Source: a virus
Taxonomy: Duplodnaviria > Caudoviricetes
Reading direction: 5' to 3' (one strand)
Virus record (IMG/VR): IMGVR_UViG_3300025637_000052
Coordinates: 1-26,238 of that record
DNA: 26,238 bases
Below are positions 8,053 to 16,429 of the stretch, one piece after another. Position 1 is the first letter of the stretch. Each line of letters starts with the position of its first letter. The translations under genes were made by a program, and so were the position numbers. The notes beneath the pieces were generated by a model. The model was not told the DNA's origin. It made no database searches and saw only the letters and a program-made list of their open reading frames with translations.

Positions 8053-8555
8053 AAAACCCATCCGTTAAATGTTGAATCATAACTAGGGTAAATATCATCA
8101 TTTGTGTTACTTGTATATTCAGGATATGTTGCCTGATTAAAACTCATAAAATCAATAAATCTTCTAGAATACCATTCTGCATTAGTTCTTGCTTTTTCTA
8201 CTAAAAAATCTATTTCATTTTTATCTACTGAAACTGAATTTTCTGACGTATGTTTAAACACCCCACCTTGTTTTACTTGATATGCAGCAAATGGATAGTA
8301 ATTAGCCTGTGAATACCATATTAACATTGGTACAATATAGTCATCTAAAATTGTTTTCCATCTTGCATTAGCAGGCTCATCTATATTTGGTATTGCAGCA
8401 GCTAAACCATTATACAAATCTGTTCCCATTATTTGCTGAACATCTATCTCCTGTGCAATCTTTACAAATTGTATAAACTTGTCAGTCGAAATATTTCCAT
8501 CCATTATGGAATTTCTGATAAGGTCTGTTCTATTTATGAATAATTGTGTAGCCAT
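8049..8555 (-). CDS. Putative head-tail adaptor/connector, 168 aa
   Basis: Helical protein immediately downstream of the portal. Function inferred from position. Confidence 0.55.
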   Translation of the reverse strand: MATQLFINRTDLIRNSIMDGNISTDKFIQFVKIAQEIDVQQIMGTDLYNGLAAAIPNIDEPANARWKTILDDYIVPMLIWYSQANYYPFAAYQVKQGGVFKHTSENSVSVDKNEIDFLVEKARTNAEWYSRRFIDFMSFNQATYPEYTSNTNDDIYPSYDSTFNGWVL

Positions 8556-10628
8556 CTATCTTCTTTTATTTGTTGGTAAAAATCCCTCGTTTGGCATATC
8601 AATAGGTCGCTTAGCAACTAACTCACTATTCTTTTCAGGTTTAAACCCTGCCTTTCTAGCTTGATTTACACTAATTGTAGGGGCAAGTGGGCTATTAATA
8701 TCAATACTTCCTTTTCCTTTCTTCATATACGTTTTACGCATCCAAAAATGATGACAAGCACCACCACCTTTGTATAACCAAATAGAATAGGTATCTGCAC
8801 CACGTGGACCCCACCCTGCATTAACTGCTTGTTTACTCATCATTTCAATATCTTCTTTTCGATATATCTTTTTAGCTACTACCATTTTCTGACAAAAGTC
8901 TCTAGTAACATTTTCACCCTCTTTATTAAATGTGTCTTTTAAAGGTGCATATTGATAACGAACTTTAAATTGTGTACCATCAACTGTTTCATCTTGACTG
9001 CTTTTTGCATTTGGTCTTGCAGTTCCTGTTGATACAAATTCCCATAGTTTAGAAAGTAAACTTTTACCTTTTGTGTTTAGTTGGTCTATTTGATAATCCA
9101 AAGCATCTTCTGATTCATAATCAACTTTTCTTTCATCAATTAATTCCCATTCAGTTAAATCTTCATCTTCTCCAAAAGATTCTAAAGTAACCTCTTCTAA
9201 CTTAACGCAATTAGGTACTTGCTTTCCATCTTTATCTTTCATACCTCTTTGCTCATAACCATCCCAACAAGGTGCTTTCAATTCTTCGTGGCTTACACAA
9301 GGCATAAAATAAGTAATACCCTCTACCTCGTGTTCGTGATATCCACCACAACCCATTTCTTCTGCTACCTTTTCTGCTTCTTCTTTAGTTTCATAAGCCT
9401 GTTTTCCGTCTATCTTTTTCAAGTTAAACTTCTGCATCTCAACTCCTGTTTCTTCTTCAATAGTTTCCTTGTCTTGAATAGATTGGTCTACCTCAGTAAA
9501 TTCTAAAGGTTGTAAGGTCGTAAAGTATAGATTTAAGCTAATATCATTGTAAGCTAGTATTTTGTCAAAGCTATCTATTAAAAGTTCCTGAAATGGTCTT
9601 ATAACTGTGTTATCCATTAATAAACTAGCAGTCTTTATTTCATCTGCATTGTTTCCTAATCCTGATTGGTCTTTTATACCTAATAACATAGGACTTACAA
9701 TCCTATGAGCAACCATTATTTTTTTAGTTGATTCTTCAGAAAGAAATTGATATTGGTTATGTGCATCAGATAACTGAACAGGCGTTATTTCTGCTTGACT
9801 TTCTTTATTGTCATTAAATGCTAAAATAAATTTTCCTGCATTACTGCTTCCACTAAACTTTTCAGCAATCTTATTTTCTATTAATTGCCTTTCCTGTTGG
9901 TTAGGTGTCCCATTGTTAAAATTGATTAACATACTAGGACTCAAGCCATTAAGGATATTATTCAAATGATAGTTAGATACTTCTTCTTCAAGTTCTGCGT
10001 ATTGCAATCCACCTTGATAATCCACAGGAGAATAGTAATAAAACCCTGCCTTGTAAGGTTGTATGTATAATATCTCAATATTTTCCCTTGACATACCAAA
10101 TGCAGGTATTCTTAAAGGAACATCATTTCTTTTTATGTTTGCCCAATCTTTAAAATAATAATAAGCAGGTACATCACCCTCGTCATTACATTTTTCTGCT
10201 CTTAAAGTTTCAATAGGTAAGTGTTCTAATTGTGCAATAGTTTTTCTATCCTTAGAATAGATAATTTGAACTGCACATTGTCCCATCAATTTTAAATCGT
10301 AGCATAATTTCCTAACTACGTCTTTTTTAAACAAAGAAACCATTTGAGCATACTCATTTGGCTTAGCACTTGAATTAGTAGCATTTAATCCTTTTCCATA
10401 AATAGCTTGACTGATTCCATTTATAGCAGCATTATTTGTTGGACTACCATTATACCTATCAATTAAGTATTGAAAATAGTTATTATCAGCACCATATTCA
10501 ATATAGTCTTTTCCTGATACTTCTTTAATTACAGGGCTTGTATAAGTGCTTAAATTCACAAAACCAAACTCTGATGTTTTTGATTTTTTTATAAACTGCC
10601 CTTTATTATTTCTTAATCTTGTTTTCAT
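8556..10628 (-). CDS. Portal protein with C-terminal Cys/His-rich and MuF-like extension, 690 aa
   Basis: Portal-like core (SPTNNAAING, NGLSPSMLINF, KFSGSSNAGKFILAF, IMVAHRIVSPMLLGI, VIRPFQ), then about 300 aa of extension containing RDFCQKM...KGGGACHHFW. Confidence 0.82.
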   Translation of the reverse strand: MKTRLRNNKGQFIKKSKTSEFGFVNLSTYTSPVIKEVSGKDYIEYGADNNYFQYLIDRYNGSPTNNAAINGISQAIYGKGLNATNSSAKPNEYAQMVSLFKKDVVRKLCYDLKLMGQCAVQIIYSKDRKTIAQLEHLPIETLRAEKCNDEGDVPAYYYFKDWANIKRNDVPLRIPAFGMSRENIEILYIQPYKAGFYYYSPVDYQGGLQYAELEEEVSNYHLNNILNGLSPSMLINFNNGTPNQQERQLIENKIAEKFSGSSNAGKFILAFNDNKESQAEITPVQLSDAHNQYQFLSEESTKKIMVAHRIVSPMLLGIKDQSGLGNNADEIKTASLLMDNTVIRPFQELLIDSFDKILAYNDISLNLYFTTLQPLEFTEVDQSIQDKETIEEETGVEMQKFNLKKIDGKQAYETKEEAEKVAEEMGCGGYHEHEVEGITYFMPCVSHEELKAPCWDGYEQRGMKDKDGKQVPNCVKLEEVTLESFGEDEDLTEWELIDERKVDYESEDALDYQIDQLNTKGKSLLSKLWEFVSTGTARPNAKSSQDETVDGTQFKVRYQYAPLKDTFNKEGENVTRDFCQKMVVAKKIYRKEDIEMMSKQAVNAGWGPRGADTYSIWLYKGGGACHHFWMRKTYMKKGKGSIDINSPLAPTISVNQARKAGFKPEKNSELVAKRPIDMPNEGFLPTNKRR

Positions 10629-11089
10629 ATTACTAAATAAGTATTATCATAACCATTATAATCTGAATATTCACCCAAGTTCAAATCGTAGTAATTATTA
10701 TTTAATTGGTCAATATCTTGATTTGTGCAAAATATTCTGTCCTTGTAAATTATTTCTAAATCTGTTGTTTTCATTAAATTCTCTGCTTCTAAGAAACTTA
10801 ATAAACAAGCACCACTTTCAAAAGTACCACCTGAAGAAATTACCCTTTGTTTAAATTCGCCATAAATACCTTTTATGTGATATACCTCTAAATCATAAAA
10901 TCTATTTTCTTTTAAATTAAAAACAGAAGACAAATCTAAATAATTTCCATTTACTGATGCACTTGGCAATATAATAGAAACTACATCATTCGTACTATCA
11001 TCTCTCAATTTGATAGTAACACTCGTTTCATATACTCTAGGTATAATCTGTATCGTTTGCTCTATTGTAGACTTTGCTAATATAATCAT
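10625..11089 (-). CDS. Hypothetical structural protein, about 154 aa
   Basis: Start moved to ATG 11089 (MIILAKS), because the upstream part of the track ORF overlaps a terminator and the CGTTATA promoter motif. Confidence 0.7.
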   Translation of the reverse strand: MIILAKSTIEQTIQIIPRVYETSVTIKLRDDSTNDVVSIILPSASVNGNYLDLSSVFNLKENRFYDLEVYHIKGIYGEFKQRVISSGGTFESGACLLSFLEAENLMKTTDLEIIYKDRIFCTNQDIDQLNNNYYDLNLGEYSDYNGYDNTYLVI

Positions 11090-11095
11090 TATTAA

Positions 11096-11121
11096 TATAA
11101 CGTAAAAAAATAAGTTATTTG
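11096..11121 (-). promoter_or_regulatory. Putative phage late promoter YAAA-N15-CGTTATA
   Basis: CAAATAACTTATTTTTTTA-CGTTATA, 6 nt before the ATG. One of five gene-upstream copies. Confidence 0.7.
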
Positions 11122-11136
11122 TAAAATCATTAAAGC

Positions 11137-11165
11137 AAAAAAAAAGCACCCAATAAAGGATGCTT
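11137..11165 (-). terminator. Intrinsic terminator
   Basis: AAGCATCC-TTTATT-GGGTGCTT followed by a T-run. Confidence 0.75.
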
Positions 11166-11186
11166 AATTTTAACTAAATAATAAGA

Positions 11187-11717
11187 TTATGCAGTTGGGT
11201 CAATCTGTGTTGCATCAGCACTTACTGCTGCATCTAAGAAATAAGGTGCAGTTTCTTCTAATCCCTCAAAGGTTAAAGTAAAACCTGAAAGGTCTCCTGC
11301 TGCTGCTCCTGTAACTACAGTTCCTCCTGTGCATTCCATTCCGTTTTCAAATCCACATAGGAAGTTGTTTCCGTAATAGTCTACTACTACAATATAAGGT
11401 CTAGATACTGCAAGTGTTTGCAATTCTGCCTGAGTTTTAGCATCTAAATATGTTAAAGTTAAGTTTAAAGTCTGAGTATAAAAGGTAGTTCCATTTTCTC
11501 TAGATGAGGTTACAGTTGTTTCTAAACTAGAATTTCCTTTTACATCATATTCAAACCAACTTGGTGCAGGGCTACCATCTGTGATAGTTGCTTCTTTAGT
11601 TGCGCTATCTACTGCAATAGAAGCTATCGTTCCATAGTCTGCAAATAATACTTTTTTTATGCCTCCAAAGGCACTTTTACAAGGTATTTTTCTCCCTGTT
11701 GTTAATGTACAAGCCAT
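11187..11717 (-). CDS. Putative tail tube / major structural protein (first module), 176 aa
   Basis: Beta-rich Thr/Gly protein (GGIKKVLF, ENGTTFYTQTLNLTL, GDLSGFTLTFEGLE), flanked by terminators directly after the MCP. Fold is inferred. Confidence 0.55.
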   Translation of the reverse strand: MACTLTTGRKIPCKSAFGGIKKVLFADYGTIASIAVDSATKEATITDGSPAPSWFEYDVKGNSSLETTVTSSRENGTTFYTQTLNLTLTYLDAKTQAELQTLAVSRPYIVVVDYYGNNFLCGFENGMECTGGTVVTGAAAGDLSGFTLTFEGLEETAPYFLDAAVSADATQIDPTA

Positions 11718-11733
11718 TGTTTTTTATGATTTT

Positions 11734-11770
11734 AAAAAAAAAGGGTAAGTAGATAAATTCTACCTACCCT
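11734..11770 (-). terminator. Intrinsic terminator after the major capsid gene
   Basis: AGGGTAGGTAGA-ATTTA-TCTACTTACCCT followed by T8. Confidence 0.85.
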
Positions 11771-11791
11771 ATTTTATTGGTTATTAATTAA

Positions 11792-12766
11792 TTATGCGTA
11801 AGATACGATATCAGAAGCGATTCCAAATTGTACTCCTGAAGTAAAACGCATTACCATTCTAACATTGTTAGAAGCGTCTAAATCTGCCATATCTAAAACC
11901 TTAACTTCTTGAGTTGAGTTTAGTAACCCTGTACCAAAGTATAGGTTGCTTTTCTGTGCAGCATACATTTTATCATCAGATAATCCCGGTGATACAAATA
12001 TCTTAACCCCGTTTACAGTTAAAGACCCATTGTTCCACCATTGAGTACCCATATTAGATACACCATTTGCTCCAAGTCCATTAGCACCAAATCCTCCTAA
12101 TGCTTGAACATAAAGTTTTGCAGCTTTAGATGAAATGTATAAGAATAAATCTTCTTTTCCATATAATGCAGCAGGAATAGCTTCAACAACGTCAGATAAT
12201 TTTTCTACGATGTTAGCAGCAGTTAATGCAACAGAAGTTAAAGCCTGACCTGCAGGTACATCTCCTGCAGTTACAGCAGCAGCGATTAATTTTTCAAATC
12301 CATCAAATGAATTTTTAGACCCTGCAGTAGTATCTCCTTGCCAAATGTTAAACTCAGTATTTTGTGCAACCTCTGAAGCAACGTGTGCTATCATAAAGTC
12401 TGCAAATTTTGGAGGTAAAGACTGACCTAAACCATAGCCCATTTGCTGAGATTCCCAATCGTTTACGAAGTCATACTTACATAATTGTAAATTTACTTGT
12501 AATTCAGTTGGTTGTAAAATTCTTTCAGTTAATGTTACAGTTGATGTTGGGTTAAAATCACATCCTGCAGCAGTTACGATTGCATCTGTTGATAATTTCT
12601 TGATTACTTCTTTAAAAGCAATGTTAGATTTTACTGTGATTCCTCCATCGTCAATAGTTGATGCACTCAATAAAGCAGCAGCGATATACTCGCCTGCAAA
12701 TTGTCCTGCATAAGTCGTAGTGATGTTTGTTGTAGTAGCTAGTTCTACATTTTTTAAATTACTCAT
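11792..12766 (-). CDS. Major capsid protein, 324 aa
   Basis: Size, position after protease and scaffold, strong terminator, and an EFNIWQGD...FDGFEKLI motif typical of HK97-fold capsids. Confidence 0.82.
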   Translation of the reverse strand: MSNLKNVELATTTNITTTYAGQFAGEYIAAALLSASTIDDGGITVKSNIAFKEVIKKLSTDAIVTAAGCDFNPTSTVTLTERILQPTELQVNLQLCKYDFVNDWESQQMGYGLGQSLPPKFADFMIAHVASEVAQNTEFNIWQGDTTAGSKNSFDGFEKLIAAAVTAGDVPAGQALTSVALTAANIVEKLSDVVEAIPAALYGKEDLFLYISSKAAKLYVQALGGFGANGLGANGVSNMGTQWWNNGSLTVNGVKIFVSPGLSDDKMYAAQKSNLYFGTGLLNSTQEVKVLDMADLDASNNVRMVMRFTSGVQFGIASDIVSYA

Positions 12767-12772
12767 TCTATT

Positions 12773-13429
12773 TTATTTATTTAATTTATTTAATACTCTA
12801 TCTAATGTTGATGTAAATTTACCTTTTCCAAATTCTACTTTGTTTATTGTTTTGCTTTTAGATTCAGGATTGTGTTTAATTGGTTTTGCAGATGCTTCTG
12901 ATAATTCCTCTTTAACCTCTGCAGGAATTTCTTCTGAAAACTCTTCTTTTACAGTTCTTGACTTTAAAGGTGCTTGAGTTTCTGTTGACATTTCTTCTTC
13001 TTGCATTTTACTTTCTTTGTTAGCCTTTAAATCTGCAATCGCATCTTCTAGGTTTTGGATTCTTTTTTCCATTCCCTCCCAATCTGCAACATCTGCCATT
13101 TCTTCTTCTTTTTTTTCTTCTTCTTCAGCTAAATCTTCAGTAATTTCTTCTTCTTCTGATGCTTCTTCCTTTGCAGGAACTTCATCAGATACTTCTCTAA
13201 CGTCTGCAATTTGTCCCTCTTCTTCAACTACAACTAATCTACCATCTTCAAGTAAATATTCTCCAACAGGCATTGCTACCTTTTCATCATCTGTTACTAT
13301 AAAGATTTCTTTTCCTTTCTCAAATGATTCTGCACTTACTATTGTGCCATTCTCTAACTTGGTTTCTTCAAGTTTAACTTCAATATTTAGAAGTGTTTTA
13401 ATTTGATTTAACATTTCGGTTGATTTCAT
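12773..13429 (-). CDS. Capsid scaffolding protein, 218 aa
   Basis: Extremely Glu-rich with coiled coil (MEKRIQNLEDAIADLK) and a PVGEYLLEDGRLVVVEEEG motif. Directly upstream of the MCP. Confidence 0.7.
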   Translation of the reverse strand: MKSTEMLNQIKTLLNIEVKLEETKLENGTIVSAESFEKGKEIFIVTDDEKVAMPVGEYLLEDGRLVVVEEEGQIADVREVSDEVPAKEEASEEEEITEDLAEEEEKKEEEMADVADWEGMEKRIQNLEDAIADLKANKESKMQEEEMSTETQAPLKSRTVKEEFSEEIPAEVKEELSEASAKPIKHNPESKSKTINKVEFGKGKFTSTLDRVLNKLNK

Positions 13430-13437
13430 ATTATTTA

Positions 13438-13463
13438 TATAACGATTATTAATTTAAATTTTG
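13438..13463 (-). promoter_or_regulatory. Putative phage late promoter YAAA-N15-CGTTATA
   Basis: CAAAATTTAAATTAATAAT-CGTTATA, 8 nt before the scaffold ATG. Confidence 0.72.
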
Positions 13464-13468
13464 CATTT

Positions 13469-13636
13469 TCAGTTTGAGCCTGTAATATTTCCTATGCCCT
13501 GCGCACCAATAGACCCATCACAACAATCTCTAGAATATGTATTGGTATCCCAACATAAACAAGCACGTGAACTTCCCTTAGGGCTTGTTCTACTACCTAT
13601 GTAAATGCCTTTGTTTTTTGGTCTATTTCTGTTCAT
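13469..13636 (-). CDS. Small Cys-rich protein, 55 aa (not in the ORF track)
   Basis: MNRNRPKNKGIYIGSRTSPKGSSRACLCWDTNTYSRDCCDGSIGAQGIGNITGSN. Overlaps the protease stop. Confidence 0.65.
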   Translation of the reverse strand: MNRNRPKNKGIYIGSRTSPKGSSRACLCWDTNTYSRDCCDGSIGAQGIGNITGSN

Positions 13637-14231
13637 CAGTTAAGATTTCAATTATTTTTAGTAAGGTCTCTTTATCACTTTGACTTGACATATCTTCTTT
13701 AATTTCTTCTTTAGGCGATTCCATTTTGTCTGCAAAATAACCCTCAATAGAAAAACCTTTAACTTTATTTGTTCTAACGTATTCATTCCAAATTTCTTCA
13801 TTATTAACTTTTACTGCTCCCATCCAAGTTCCAACAGGCACATTCAATCCATACTTTCTAGACTTGTCTTGTACCTCATCTTCAACTATCCAAGATTCCA
13901 CTAATGTTAAACCTTTTAAATCTTTAGAGTGTTCTAAGGTTGAATTGTTTTGATAGCCATTTCTTAAATACATTTGTGATGCTTTTGAAATAGTATCTTT
14001 AGAGAAAAATATGTAATAATCCCCTTGTTCGTTTTTCCTGTATATTGGTTTATTAGGTATTAATAAAGCACCTAGTAATATTCTTTTTTCTTTGTCTATT
14101 TCTGCTAGTTTTACTTCCTCACCTTTTAAGGCTACAAAATCAGATTCTATTGCAGGACTTTCTACGATTGAAATTGCTTCAATTCCACTTTCTTCTTGTT
14201 CTTCGTCTAATATTAATTCAACTATTCTCAT
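13623..14231 (-). CDS. XkdF-like prohead serine protease, 202 aa
   Basis: GALLIPNKPIYR, STLEH, LVESWIV, PVGTWMGAVKV and KGFSIEG motifs. Confidence 0.82.
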   Translation of the reverse strand: MRIVELILDEEQEESGIEAISIVESPAIESDFVALKGEEVKLAEIDKEKRILLGALLIPNKPIYRKNEQGDYYIFFSKDTISKASQMYLRNGYQNNSTLEHSKDLKGLTLVESWIVEDEVQDKSRKYGLNVPVGTWMGAVKVNNEEIWNEYVRTNKVKGFSIEGYFADKMESPKEEIKEDMSSQSDKETLLKIIEILTDEQK

Positions 14232-14236
14232 AATGT

Positions 14237-14262
14237 TATAACGTATTAAATTTTAAATTTTG
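14237..14262 (-). promoter_or_regulatory. Putative phage late promoter YAAA-N15-CGTTATA
   Basis: CAAAATTTAAAATTTAATA-CGTTATA, 5 nt before the protease ATG. Confidence 0.72.
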
Positions 14263-14267
14263 CTTTT

Positions 14268-16298
14268 TTAACCTATTGAAGCATCATCAATTATATTTCT
14301 ATCTAATTCTTGTGCAGTTGTTACCTCGCTAGAAACTACAAATGCCTGAACGGGTTGTTGTGTTTGTCCACCTATTGCACTTGCTAATTGATTTGTTCCA
14401 CTTGCACCTACTATATTAAATGCAGGTGGTATTGATGGGGTTGGTGGTATTCCTGATGGTTTTGAAGGTGATGCTGAAGCACCTCTACCTGATGGGTCTT
14501 GTCTTTTTATTGTTGCAATATTCTTAACTGCAACTGCTGCTGCTAATCCTGCTGAAACAATAGGGTATGCAGGAAACGCAACAGTAATAGGTGATTTCTG
14601 TGCAGTACTATAAGCATTTTGAACACCCTCTACACCACTAATTGTAGCACTAGCAATAGCAAATGCTTTTCCTACTTTAGAATCTTCTCCTGCTAATTGT
14701 GCAATTTGATTAAAAGTATTTTTAGCATCTGACAAGGTTTGTTTTGTTCTTATTTCTTTTAACCTTTTTTGCTTTTCCTCGTTTTTATCTTTTGCATCTG
14801 TAATTTTACCATCATAAAAAGCTATGATATTTGCCTTTTCTTCTTCTGTTGCTTTTAACCTTTCAAGTTCTGCTATCTTTCTTTCTTTCTCTAATTCAAT
14901 TTTTTGTATTTCAGTTTGAGCCTTTTCGTTTTCTTTTTGAATTTCTAAATCTTTATTTATTTTATCAACTGCAGCCTGCCTATCTGCTTCTACCTTTTCG
15001 GCTTCTTGTTTTTGTAAAGCTGCTGCATCTCTTATAGCTTTTAATTCTGCTTCTTCTTCCCTTTTTGCTGCTACTATTTGACTTGTAACTAGCTTTTGTT
15101 TTGTTAATCTTGCTGCTTCTAAATTAATTAAATTAGCTTTTAATTGCGCTTCTTCCTCTAAATCTTCCTTTGTAGACCTTGCTAAAGCATTTTCTGATGT
15201 CTTAGCTTCAAGCCTTAATCTAGCTGCTTCAATTTCTTTATTGGTTATTTCTTCCTCTAATGCTCCTGCTTCCTTTAAAAATTCAATTCTTTCTTTAGCA
15301 GTAAACTTTTCTTTATTAGCTGCCTTTTCTAATAACTCTGCACGTTTCCTATTTGCTTCTGCCCTATCTACAATATTTTTTCTATCTATCTTATCTGCCT
15401 TTGCTCTTTGGTCTGCTATTTGACCCGCAATGACTGCTTCTTCTTTTAATTCTTTTACAAACCCTTTAGTTGATTCAGTTACTTTGTCTATTGTATTTTT
15501 AACTCCTGTTAAAGTATCTACATAAGAACTTCCTGCATTTTTAGCTTCTTCTAAAGCACCTTTAAAGTCTCCACTAAATACTTTTTTAATAGCCTTTCCT
15601 AAAAAACCAAAAGTATCTATAAGGCTTTCAATTCTATTAGTGATATTTTCTTGAATTGCATTTTTTAAATTAATTAAAGCCTGTTTAGGATTTTCAAATG
15701 CTGCAATAATACCCTCGCCTAAGTCTGCCAATAAATCAACTAGGTTTCCTACAACAGAGCCAATGATTCCCAATAATTTTGCGAACTTGTTTTGACCCTT
15801 TTCTGAGGATTTAAACGCAGTTGTAACTGCAGTTATAGCAATCAATAATGCACCTATCCCTGTTCCTATTATAGCAACCTTTAAAAGATTCATTCCCTTA
15901 GTTGCACCACCTAAACCACCTTTAAGGTTTTTTAATCCTGATACTAAACCCCCTGTTTGCTTATCCACTAAACCTAAAGCACCACTATAATCTGCAGCAT
16001 TTTCTGTTGCTTCCTTTAATTCTTCATTTGCTTTTTTCCTATCCTTATTTAAGTCTTTTAAGGCAATCTTTTCATCTTTTAATGCTTCCTTTTTTGCTTT
16101 TAAAGCATCCTTTATTTTCTTTTGTGCTGCTAAGTCTGCCTTTGATGTTTTATCTAACTGCTTTTCATATTGACGAATTTCTTTCTCTAAATCATCAATT
16201 AAACTTTCTTGTAATTTTAATGACTTATTAAGTTCATCAACATTTGCCTGTGCATCTGCAGTTGATAGTTTTAAAGTATATTCCTTTTCTATTGCCAT
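14268..16298 (-). CDS. Tape-measure-like protein (first tail module), 676 aa
   Basis: Long coiled coils, LKVAIIGTGIGALLIAITAV hydrophobic segment, a second Ala-rich hydrophobic segment, and C-terminal PVQAFVVSSEVTTAQ. Confidence 0.72.
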   Translation of the reverse strand: MAIEKEYTLKLSTADAQANVDELNKSLKLQESLIDDLEKEIRQYEKQLDKTSKADLAAQKKIKDALKAKKEALKDEKIALKDLNKDRKKANEELKEATENAADYSGALGLVDKQTGGLVSGLKNLKGGLGGATKGMNLLKVAIIGTGIGALLIAITAVTTAFKSSEKGQNKFAKLLGIIGSVVGNLVDLLADLGEGIIAAFENPKQALINLKNAIQENITNRIESLIDTFGFLGKAIKKVFSGDFKGALEEAKNAGSSYVDTLTGVKNTIDKVTESTKGFVKELKEEAVIAGQIADQRAKADKIDRKNIVDRAEANRKRAELLEKAANKEKFTAKERIEFLKEAGALEEEITNKEIEAARLRLEAKTSENALARSTKEDLEEEAQLKANLINLEAARLTKQKLVTSQIVAAKREEEAELKAIRDAAALQKQEAEKVEADRQAAVDKINKDLEIQKENEKAQTEIQKIELEKERKIAELERLKATEEEKANIIAFYDGKITDAKDKNEEKQKRLKEIRTKQTLSDAKNTFNQIAQLAGEDSKVGKAFAIASATISGVEGVQNAYSTAQKSPITVAFPAYPIVSAGLAAAVAVKNIATIKRQDPSGRGASASPSKPSGIPPTPSIPPAFNIVGASGTNQLASAIGGQTQQPVQAFVVSSEVTTAQELDRNIIDDASIG

Positions 16299-16429
16299 TT
16301 GATAGTATTTTTAATATGTTTTAATCCTGACTTTAAGTTTTTAGGCAAAGCATTTTTACCCTGTGCAATTTTTATATTTTCCGTTTCTCCTTTTGCTATC
16401 TGCAATAAGTCTATTATATTTTTTATCAT
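16289..16429 (-). CDS. Small basic protein, 46 aa (not in the ORF track)
   Basis: MIKNIIDLLQIAKGETENIKIAQGKNALPKNLKSGLKHIKNTIKWQ. ATGA overlap upstream, overlaps the next start, fills the gap exactly. Confidence 0.6.
   Translation of the reverse strand: MIKNIIDLLQIAKGETENIKIAQGKNALPKNLKSGLKHIKNTIKWQ

Noticed and set aside
11090-11149. N-terminal extension of the 10625-11149 track ORF (likewise 2284-2313 of the TMP)
   Set aside because: Overlaps terminator and promoter elements; the downstream ATGs fit better.
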